Positions 52,901 to 64,000 of a stretch of DNA of 64,000 nucleotides are shown here, in pieces. Source of the stretch: Octopus vulgaris (taxonomy: Eukaryota); NCBI GenBank assembly GCA_951406725.2, contig OX597825.1:76322001-76386000 (forward strand), given 5' to 3'. Each line of letters opens with the position of its first letter. The first letter of the stretch is position 1. The notes beneath the pieces were generated by a model, which had not been told where the DNA came from, ran no database searches, and was given only the letters and a program-made list of their open reading frames with translations. Position numbers and translations under genes: made by a program.

Positions 52901-54165
52901 GAAAGCAGAAATATAATTGCTAAAGTTTTTCAAGAAGTGCATGCTCTTTGGTGTGTTTCCCAAAATCAATGCCTTCAAAGTATCTGTGGGTGTACCAAAT
53001 GTTGGCAAAACAACCGTTCCTCCACCACAACACATAGTGGTGGCTTCTCTTTCCCATTTCTTTCCTTTACAAAATCTGCACTCTTTTGACATTGCTCTAA
53101 TATCAATCAATTTCTCTGTAAAAAAAATTATGTTTTGGATCATAACTGAAAGCTGATCTTTTCCAAGTCCCCTTAAAAGATGCAACTCTTTTGTCAAACA
53201 ACTTGATCAAGATGCTCATGTCTTTCCTCTGAGGATTGGCAAAGTCTTGCAGCAACTGTTTGCTCCTGTTTTTTTTCTTTGTCTCATCTCTCGCCGACTT
53301 ACTGTCTCATTGGCAACTCTGGCAGCTTGTCTTTTTCTTGCATCTTTTAAACGTTTTTCTTTTTCCTTTTTTGACCCCTGGCTCCTGCAGATTGCATTTT
53401 GTTGACATAATTGTTCCACCCATTTTCCCCTTGCCTCTTGTGACTCATTGGCCCTGCATGCAGCAACTCTCCTCTGGTTGTTTTCTTGTCTTTGCTGTTG
53501 TTGTGAAGGGGTCTCTAGTGACCTTACTCTGGCTACATGTACTTATCTTTGCTTCACTGTAAAATACTGATCATCTACATCTACCCCGTCTCCTCTTGTA
53601 GAGAGTAAGAAGATTTTTCTCGGAAACCCTTTTTGAAAATTAAAATGGGGATTAAATGAAAAAATGAGAGAAAGTTATGTGAATATCTTCATAAGAGTGA
53701 TTGAAATAAATGGTGATTGTGGCACACTGCACAAATGCATACACACACACACGCATGCACGCATGCACATACAGTGTCAAACATCAACGTTTCTTTCTCT
53801 CTTGCTTTCCCCCTTTCTTTGTGCTGGCTCACTTTCACCTTCACCTATAGAACATGCATACAGTATCAAACATCAGCGTCTCTCCTCTCTCTCTCCTGCC
53901 ATGTCTCTCTCTCAATAGAAACTTGTTTTCTCTCTGTTTTTCTCTCTTCTCTCTACCTTTCTCTCATTCTGCATTTCTTTCACAAATAATCTCTCTGTAA
54001 TAGTTCATCTCTTTTAGTCTATGTCTGTTTCTGTCTGTATGTCTCTTTTTAACTCACTCATACACTTACACTATCTACATTTCTCCCTCTATTAAAAAAT
54101 GTGATGAATGAGATGGGGGAGGTGAAGTAAAGAACCAGAAGTAAAGAGCAAAGATATCTGCTAAT
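49940..54165 (-). mobile_element. Decayed Helitron (Rep/helicase), copy B, retaining the N-terminal region
   Basis: Same motifs as copy A plus the Cys-rich CRFCKGKKWEREATTMCCGGG and MTSFG...FKVHSQVYHHTGSLLP segments in 52426-53497. Confidence 0.92.
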
Positions 54166-54166
54166 A

Positions 54167-54206
<40 letters not shown>

Positions 54207-54697
54207 TATATTCTCTTTAAAATACTGTCCAATACATGTTTCTACAGCATAGATATCCTATGATGTAATATCCAGGTGCATCCTCTGGTTTCAGTTGCAT
54301 TATGATTTCATCCAAGATAAATATACCAAACAGCTTTATCCAAGATGTTATTATTATGAATTTTTGAAGTAAACTGATGTATAAGAAATTCTGATAATCA
54401 TACTCTATGTATATTTTGGGTGGCGGGGGATCATGTGCATTTAGCAGAGGTAGTTGAGAAATTTGATATAGCTATAAAGTCTGTTACGATTAACCCTAGA
54501 CTGACATTCATGTCCGACAATTTTAAAGAGAATAACTTGTACATATGACTTTAATAAACAGTTTTCTAGATGTTACGATTATCCATCCTTATTTTATCAC
54601 CTATATATATAAATATACATATATATGTATATATATATATATATATCATCATCATCATCATCATCGTTTAACGTCCGTTTTCCGTGCTACCATGGGT

Positions 54698-54739
<42 letters not shown>

Positions 54740-55472
54740 CATATTTGTTGTTTAAAATAGCCCAAAATTTGAAAAACTTGTAATTGGTTTCAAATATATA
54801 TATTTACATATATACCAAACTAGTTTAAACAATATGTTTTGTTTACCAATGGTAAAAATTAAAAATTAAGAATTGCAAAAACATTTTCAAAACTTTCAAT
54901 GTTTACGAGTTTAAATGTTCATAATACTCAGTAATATGAAAAAGTGTTTATCACATTGTTTAAATTCATAAAATTCAATAGTGTTATTAGTGATCGATAA
55001 TTAATGAATATCATATATATATATAAATACACACACACACATACATACATACATACATATATATCCATAGCGTCTACATACAAATATCGAAATGCGAAAT
55101 AGACAAAACAGGGACAACTGAAGAAGGGGAATATTCCTTGTGTTGTATGTCTTGTACTCTGTTCTTTTCGTTGTTTGAAAAATAGTTTGTTTCCATGTGT
55201 TTGTTTTTATGTTTTCGTTTCTCATTGTGTTCAAAGTTTTTTTGATATCCTGTACCCATATATGCATATATATATATATACATATAGATATAGGTATGTA
55301 CATATATGTATGTATATATGCATATATTTATATATTATTTTATTATTATGTGATCGAATGCCACACATCCTTTTCCATGTAAGTACATATGTATATACAT
55401 ATATATATACACACATGCACACACACACACATATATATTTATATATACATATACATACATATATATATACAC

Positions 55473-55520
<48 letters not shown>

Positions 55521-55605
55521 TAGTGAGCTGTGATTTTTGCTACCCAGGTATCGGTTAAACTTTTGAATAATCTGTAACAAGAAAATTCATCTTTCTATTT
55601 CAACA

Positions 55606-55655
<50 letters not shown>

Positions 55656-55770
55656 TACATATATCGGAGCCTAGTGCAGCCTTCTGGCTTCCCAGATCCC
55701 CGGTCGAACCGTCCAACCCATGCTAGCATGGAGAACGGACGTTAAACGATGATGATGATGATGATATATG

Positions 55771-55825
<55 letters not shown>

Positions 55826-55843
55826 CATATATATATGTGTGTG

Positions 55844-55949
<106 letters not shown>

Positions 55950-56000
55950 GTGAGGGAAGAAATGGAGCTGGACGAAGATTTTACAAAATTCCTTTTTATT

Positions 56001-56086
56001 ATTTTCTACATATGTTTCAAAGGCTGCAAAGTCCCTAATTTGGATTGAATAAGGAGACCATTTTGCAGCTTTCTCTTCAGGAAAAT
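56001..56086 (-). ncRNA. Type I hammerhead ribozyme
   Basis: auuuuc CUGAAGA gaaaGCUGCAAA...UUUGCAGCcuuu GAAAC AUAU GUA gaaaau; 6-bp stem I; palindromic stem III ACAUAUGU. Confidence 0.85.
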
Positions 56087-58021
56087 CCAGGAACTTAAAT
56101 CTCCAAACAAATACGCAGCAAGCTTTTCGACAAACGCTCTCTAGGAGCCCATGAATGGCACAAAACTGTCTCTCAATATGCGTTGACGTCAGGGTGGGTG
56201 AAAGCAGACGAAAAAGTCCGTTGAGATAATTTGGGGTCAACTCCCGGTTAGCATTGGGAAGGGGAAGAATTACAGAAAACCAAAGAGTTTGAATATATTC
56301 TGTATAACTAGTGTTAATATTCGAATTGTTTAAAGAATGAATGCTATCGTATTTGGGTGTGAGAAACTACCTACATGTATGTGTGTGTGCGCCTATGTAT
56401 GTGTGGCAGTATGTTTAGGAAGGAGCTAGGCAGAACTATATAGCGGCTATTAATGGTCAAGCAGCCGATAGAAACCTGTGTCTGTGTGTTCGTCTGTGAC
56501 CAGTTTATAGAGAGATGACTTGCCGACAAGGGGCGTATAATCCCTGATAGTGTTTCTAAATAATTAGCAGTTCATACGCTAAAGGGGAGTAATTTCCCCT
56601 TTCAAATTTAATTCAAAATTTTTTCAAATTTTTTTCCAAAATTTTTTCTTTTCTTAGGACATCAAGGTGTTAATTATCTTAGACTTCAATTATATGCAAG
56701 AAATGTATGCCGCCGCCAATGCGGACATCTAAAAGAGTTTTGCAAAATCGAGTTAACTAATTGCCCTCGGGTGAACAAAATGTGAAAAAGTTCAGAGTTG
56801 CAAAGATTACAGATTCTTTTACCTCTATCAAACGGTACAGACACCGATAAAATCGACCATTCCAGTCTAAAGGCTGTATTCGCGTTCTTCAAACGCCATA
56901 CTAATTTACTTAATCCGGTCGCGTGTTGTTTTCCAAAATCGCGAAACGTTGTGAAGTGGTTCGATATTCTGGCGGCCAATTTTGACGATGACGCTCCGAT
57001 ATACAAGTAGACATCTGATTCAGTATAAACTCTGCATTGGTAAATGGCGTTTCTAATCTTGGAATTACTAGATAAGAACCTTATTCTATTGGGATTGGCT
57101 TCCGATATTAATACGGCGTTCTTATTACTATGATGATTGTAAGAACTACGGCTGTCTACGACATTATACACCCCACTATCAATACTATTTAATGGAATAT
57201 CACCTGTATATTCCCTGCCACTGAGATCGCTGTGGTTGCTAATGTCCGTGATGCTACTGTTGTTAAACCCACTGCTAAAATTGTTATTGGAACTCCCTAC
57301 ACTAATGACTCGGACAGTGCTCTCATCCCTATTACCATTACTAACGTTAATGCCACCACCATTGCTCTTAACCTTATTCCTATTATTAACTCCATGGCTG
57401 GTATGGAGATTGCTAATCTCTGTGCCGGTTCCATTATCATTATTATTATTATTAATACTGCACGTTGTTCTGGCATTAGACGGAGCTGCGTCTCCGAACG
57501 TGGGTGAGAGTGTCTTATTAAGCAGCCTATTGTTATGGGAGGAAATTATCTGTGAGAGATTTTTAGTATTGGAGAAGGCTATCCTAACTTTGTGTGAGTT
57601 AACAGTGGAGTAATATCTGGAATTTCTGGGAAAATTACTGGCAATGGCTTGGCGAAACTGCAGGGCTTTTTAAGTCGATGGAGACACCACCACCTAACCC
57701 AAGACTGAAGAAATTTGAGGATGACTTATACATGTAGGTAGTTTCTCACACCCAAATACGATAGCATTCATTCTTTAAACAATTCGAATATTAACACTAG
57801 TTATACAGAATATATTCAAACTCTTTGGTTTTCTGTAATTCTTCCCCTTCCCAATGCTAACCGGGAGTTGACCCCAAATTATCTCAACGGACTTTTTCGT
57901 CTGCTTTCACCCACCCTGACGTCAACGCATATTGAGAGACAGTTTTGTGTCATTCATGGGCTCCTAGAGAGCGTTTGTCGAAAAGCTTGCTGCGTATTTG
58001 TTTGGAGATTTAAGTTCCTGG

Positions 58022-58107
58022 ATTTTCCTGAAGAGAAAGCTGCAAAATGGTCTCCTTATTCAATCCAAATTAGGGACTTTGCAGCCTTTGAAACATATGT
58101 AGAAAAT
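58022..58107 (+). ncRNA. Type I hammerhead ribozyme (inverted copy of 56001-56086)
   Basis: Same sequence on the plus strand, within the inverted terminal repeat. Confidence 0.85.
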
Positions 58108-58299
58108 AATAAAAAGGAATTTTGTAAAATCTTCGTCCAGCTCCATTTCTTCCCTCACTAAATATATAAAACTTCAATTATCCGCACTAAGGCACGGTTG
58201 CGATACCCCAACCGTGATTTGTCTGTTGTGATTTTTGCTACCCAGGTATCGGTTATAATTTGAATAATCCGTTACAAGATAATTCATTTATCCATTTCA

Positions 58300-58358
<59 letters not shown>

Positions 58359-58624
58359 CGAAACATGGAGTAGATGAAACAGGGACAACTGAAGAAGGGG
58401 AATATTCTGTATGTTGTATGTCTTGTTTCTATGTTTTTGTTTCTGTTTTCGTTTCTCATTGTGTTCAACGTTTTTTTTGATGTCCTGCACCCATATATGC
58501 ATGTATATATACATATATATGTATGTATGTACATATATATATATGTATACATGCATATATTTATATATTATTTATATTATTATGTGATCGAATGCCATGC
58601 ATCCTTTTCCAAGTAAGTTTTATC

Positions 58625-58657
<33 letters not shown>

Positions 58658-58663
58658 TACATA

Positions 58664-59510
58664 CTAGCTGGTGTACCTGGTAATTCCCGGGAAAGTGGGG
58701 CTTATTGTTTGGTTCTGTTCTCATAATTGTTTCACTAATCTAATAACAACAATACAAAGTATGTAGCCCTAAAAACAGGTTTTGTGCATTTACAGAGAAT
58801 ACTGAACTGTCTTAGACAGGATCTGTTTTTAGGACTTCCCAATAAGTTATGAATACCTAAATTGTGAGGTCAGTTATGTAATGACATGAAATTAGTTACC
58901 CGATAGTAAGAATTCAAATAAAGTAGCTCTGAAAAGGGCTTTAATGCATTCTCAGAGTATATATAACATAGGAGGAAATACTAATAAGGTATGTATACTG
59001 AAATCATGAAGCATGTTACATAATAACTGGCTAATCAGATATGAGATAATAACAATTCAAAGTAAATAACTCTGAAAAGGGCTTTTGTGTGTTCCCAGAG
59101 AATATTACCTTCAGGGTGCTAGTGTTGGTATATTCATGAATAAGTCACTAACCAAAATAAGTGGACCTATTGTTTAGGAAAATACTATTTACTTGTTTAA
59201 AGGTAGTACAGGATAAATTGCGAAAACAACTCTAACAGTTCAAATAATAAGAAATAAGAATACTCAATTTCATTTTTACCAAATAATTTAGGAAAATAAA
59301 TGGGTTATTTTCCTTGGCTAGATATAAGGATCCCTTCCAGGGTCCCTATTATCAATTTTTTTAACAATTTGAGTATGCCATGAGGTTTCTAGGCATGAGT
59401 TCTACTCATATGTCAAGTGTCATCAAAATTGATAAAATGATGTAGGAGGAGTTAGCTAACAACTCCACAAACACACCCACAGACAGAATTTCCCACATAT
59501 GTAGTATATA
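58664..59510 (-). mobile_element. Non-autonomous Helitron-like element, copy B
   Basis: Duplicate of 40851-41700; a|ctagctggtgtacctggtaattcccggg end. Confidence 0.6.
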
Positions 59511-60084
59511 CATACATACATACATGCATATATATATATATAGGGATATATAGGGATATACATGGAAAGAAATAAAAACTGTAAATACTCAGATGATGAA
59601 CACTCATGTTTAAGAATATAAATATTTATATATTTGCAAACTAAATTTACATGGAAATGAAAGGGATAATGCATTGTTTTTAAGTCCAATGCCCGCTTCT
59701 CGGAGTTCAGAAATATGTAATATTTGCAATGCTTGCGATTAACAGATAGGATGTGCAAAAAGTAAAGGATATGCAAGCAGTAGATGGATGCAAAGAGTGA
59801 GCAAGGGGTGGGGGAGAGAATAGTGGCATTATTGCCAGCTGATGCATTAAGCTGACTTCCTTCATTATTGGGACAAGATTGGTAAACTGTAGTTCACATT
59901 TTGTTGCAAGAAAATTTAAGGGTAGAATATATGTGTGTATATATTGCTTGCTTCCAATGTTATCCAGCCAAACTGGCGCATAATGGGAAAATACTATGAA
60001 ATAAGTTATCCTGAAATGTAAATATGAATGGAATAGAACAAAATTTGCATAAATCGAACAAGTGGTTGTGAAGATATTAGGGGT

Positions 60085-61335
60085 TTTCAGAGTACTTTGA
60101 AAATTCGGCTTTAGGATCAATACCACTAAAACCAACCCTATGGCTGCGATATGTTGATGACACCTTCATACTCTGGCCCCCACCAGGAAGATGTCCAAGT
60201 GCTGTTAGATCATGTGAACTCAATAAAGCCATCCATACAGTTCACAATGGAAAAAGAGAAAGACAATCAGCTAGCATTCCTGGACATATTAATAACATGC
60301 ACCAAGTATGGATTCAGGACATCCGTATACTGCAAGCCGACCTTCACTGGACGATACCTCAACTTCAAATCCCACCATCCATACAGTGTAAAGAGAGGGA
60401 TTGCTCAGTGACTAAAACATTGAGCAATGAATATAAGTAGCGATCGTGATACCCACCACGAAGAAATGATCAAGCTCAGTAACAATCTAATGAGCAACAA
60501 CTACCCCAAAAGCATACTCTCCACTCCAATTATGAACAAAAGAAAGGATGAAACTGATAAACTGTACACATCTGTCTACCCTTTGTAAAAGGCCTCTCCA
60601 AAAAGATACAAAAGATATGCAGCCCATATGGCATCAGGACAGTATTCAAAAGTAATACAACACTTTGCAAATATCTCCTTCGAGTAAAACCACCAATAGA
60701 AGAGAATATGACTAAGAACTGCATGTACTCCATCACATGCAGCTGTGGTAGGTTATACAAAGATGAAACATGCCACCCCCTCAAAATAAGGGTAGAGGAA
60801 CATCGCAAACTGTGACATGGGGAGATATTGATAAATTGAGTAAAGCTGATCATGTATGGAAAAATGGAAACCAACTCCACCTATGGGATGAAGTTAAAAT
60901 AATAGACAGAGAACAACACTGGAAAATTCGAAAACTAAAAGAAGCAGCACATATGCTAGGACACAACAACCTCCTAATCAGACTGAGTGCAGATATGAAC
61001 AGCATAGGGGAACCAGTATTAAGGAAGGATGGGAGAATATTAGATTTATAAGCCCTAAAATTCACTCCATAATTGCCCACAGGCATATGGCATAGTGGTT
61101 AAGTGCACAGGCTACTAACCCCCAAGATTCCAAGTTCAATTCCAGGCAGTGTCCTGAATAATAAAAATAATAATAATAGTAATAATAATAACAACATCGA
61201 AAAATACCTTAGGGATGATAACCTAGGTTCGAAATTTCCCCAAGACGCTAGATGAAGGCTGGAGGGTATATCAGCCAAAACGTTGTGTTAGCAATAAGCA
61301 AGATGAGGACAAATATCTGTCAATTGTAAATAATG
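60085..61335 (+). mobile_element. Decayed Penelope/Poseidon-type PLE, copy B, followed by a tRNA-like segment and a degenerate hammerhead
   Basis: Same RT/GIY-YIG motifs as 42290-43213 without the inversion; box A/B-like motifs at ~61088-61143. Confidence 0.85.
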
Positions 61336-62396
61336 TATATTATTTGATGTTTAAAATTTCCCTCTGCTAAACATTTAACATTTTTCTCTCTCTCTCTCTT
61401 TCTCTCTACCTCTCACTTCAACAAATACTTTAGCCATGTTATTCCCCTCTTTACGTCGTTATCATTTCTCTCTCTTTCTCTTCATCTCTCACTTCCAGTA
61501 ACCACATGACAGCTTAATACATCAGCTGCCAATAATTGCAGCTAGATTCTTCTTTCTTTTTCCATACAAACATGAAGATTTCAAATAATTAATAATTTTC
61601 TGCATACATCATTGAGTACATCAACCCTAAAATTATTTGTCCAAATTCTTAAACTCTGAGCAACATTAATGCTTTAGCCATTTTAAAAAGTATTACATTT
61701 TTATCCATTTTCATGTGTCAACATTGGTTGGAAAAGTTCTTGAAAATTTCAATAATGACATGTGATTGACTGGAGATATTGATTTTACAGCTGTTTGTCT
61801 TTTTTATTGCTGACAACACAACTGTGAATTGAACCACTAAATGTAGAAAATGTCTTCCCCAGGGATTGAATAGGAACAATAAAATTTGAGCTCATAATAC
61901 TGATCTTCACAGTTGAGCATATTAATCTTACAATTATTACATTTCCTTGTGTGTGTGCACATGTGTGTGTGTATGTGCATGCATGTTTGTGTGTGTGTGT
62001 GTATTTGCATGCATGTTTGTGTGTGTGTGTGTATTTGCATGCATGTTTGTGTGTCTGTGCATGAGTGTGTATGTGTGTCAGTATGCGTGTGTACATGTAT
62101 GTGTACATGAGTGTGTGTTTGTACATGTGTGTGTGTACATGTGTGTGTATGTGCATGCGTGTATGTGTAATGAGTGTGTATGTACACATCTGTGTGTTTG
62201 TGTGTGTGGTGCATGAGTGTGTGTGTGTAAATGTGAGCAAGAGTGTGTGTATATATGTGTGTGTGTCTGTGGAGGAGGTACATGATTGTGTGTATGTTTG
62301 TGTGTGTAAGTGAAAAATATTCCTTAAGGAGTTTAAAAGAGAAAGAAAGGCAAAAAAAGAAAAGAATAAAGAAGAGTTCTAAAGCAAAAATCTTAC

Positions 62397-62481
62397 ATTT
62401 TTCTAAATTCACCTTCTTGTAGCACAACTGATGAGCATCTGCCGACATACTTTGCTGGAAGATCTGGATTTTCAACATTGC
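62397..62481 (-). other. Duplicate of exon 44794-44881 with three 1-nt deletions (85 nt, splice sites intact)
   Basis: Same acceptor and donor; phase-0 reading AMLKIQIFQQSMSADAHQLCYKKVNLEK with no stop. Confidence 0.55.
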
Positions 62482-63153
62482 CTAAAATAAAATAGTTCAA
62501 CAAAGTTAACAACAGTATAGTATTTAGAATGGTTTGATGATGATGACAATGATGATAGTAAAGATTATAATCATTATCTTCATGCTGTTGATGACAATGA
62601 TAGTAAAACATTTATAATGTACAGCCAGGACTCTGATTCTCAGTCAAAAATCATTTGAATTAGTCTACACACACACATACGTGTATATACATATATCATA
62701 ATCATTTAATATCCATATACTATGCTGGCATGAGATTGATGGTTTGACTAGATCTAATGCAACCAAGGACTGCATCAAGCTCCAGTGTCTGTTTTGACAC
62801 AGTCTTTCAAGCTGGGCACCCTTCCTAACACCAACCCCTTCAAAGCTTAAACTGGGTGCTTTTTAAATATCACCTGGACTATTGACATCTCCATGCAGTG
62901 CACAGAACTACAAATCCTAGGGCAGATGTAACAGGGGCAGTTTCATGCTTGGAGCTGAAGTTGATCACTATGATGAAGGGGCCGAACAGGTATGACTGTC
63001 TGGGGTAGTTTACTTCCCATTCACATGGTTTCAGGTTCAGTCCTACTATAAGGCACCTTGGACAAGTGACTTCTACTATAGCCTCAAACTGACCAAAGCT
63101 TGTGAGTGAATTTGGTAGGTGGAAGTACTGCCGTGTGTATATGCATATGAGAA

Positions 63154-63186
<33 letters not shown>

Positions 63187-63374
63187 AAATGAGAAAATGG
63201 AGAAATATATCTAAATCAATCATCAACTATCCGATAATACCGAATCACCTAATACAGTAAATGAATTAATTGCATCGCAATTTTTAACATTTATGTATTA
63301 GCTTTGTTGGTACTTCTCTAGCAGTATATTGGATATATGTTATCCCATGGAGGGTTGAATTTACAACCCTATCT

Positions 63375-63411
<37 letters not shown>

Positions 63412-64000
63412 GGAGAGTTCATGAAAAAAACAAAAGACGAAGACAGGTGGTGTACAAAACAAACAGATGTATTAGTATAATGCTCAGGAATAGAAAAAGT
63501 CTTTTATGTTTCGAAAGGGACACAGAAAAAAAAAACAAGGAGAGAAAAAATGTGTGTAGTGGCTACCGATCTATCATGGTGACTGCCAGACAGCAGGATC
63601 ACACAGGAGAGCGAAGAAGTAGGGAGATAACAAAGTAAAGATGACCCCCCCAACACGAAGGTGCATGTGTGTATAAGAGAGTATGTATGTGCATGTGAAA
63701 GAGGGCTGGTGGCCTGGACGTGTGCATGTATGCATGTGTAGGTGTGAAAATGTGGGGATGGGAATTGGTCAGTGCTGGTGTGTGGGTGGTGTGTTGTGAT
63801 GTGTAATGTTGTATGGTGTGATGTTGTTGGGAGGCGGGAGTGAGGAAAGCATGGGTGGGGTGTGGGTTTGGCTGGGGTTTGGGGTATGTGGGTGGGGGTA
63901 GAGGTGGGAGAGGGTGTAGGGGATAGGATGGGGGGATGGGAAGGATAGGAAAGGTGGAGTAGGAATGTGTAGGGGTGGGGTGGGCTTATGGGGGAGGTTT

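Noticed and set aside
58355-58405. ccuuc GAAAC...GUA...CUGAAGA agggg as a permuted (type II) hammerhead; related repeats at ~40190 and ~55085
   Set aside because: No stem I can form between GUA and CUGAAGA, and the related copies lack GAAAC

Overview
AT-rich, microsatellite-dense eukaryotic DNA. The mix of repeats (RTE LINEs with (GAT)n tails, CORE-type and tRNA-derived SINEs, Penelope-like elements, long (TA)n/(CA)n tracts) suggests a coleoid cephalopod such as Octopus; this is an inference. Most of the window is intronic sequence of one minus-strand host gene. I reconstruct five phase-compatible GT-AG exons (44794-44881, 24304-24515, 13479-13575, 7798-8030, 1950-2043) encoding tandem ~105-110 aa beta-rich modules that resemble PLAT/LH2 domains. 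The introns hold decayed CR1-type, Tx1/L1 and RTE LINEs, mariner transposons, a Rep/Helicase Helitron, non-autonomous Helitrons, SINEs and at least five Penelope-like element (PLE) families. Several PLE terminal repeats carry recognisable type I hammerhead ribozymes. A block of about 14-17 kb (31493-48140) recurs after a 100-N gap (49940-64000), probably as an uncollapsed second haplotype. The two copies differ by TE insertions into (TA)n tracts, a 1.07 kb Helitron deletion, a local inverted duplication and three 1-nt deletions in the duplicated exon. Repeat boundaries were read by eye and are approximate.
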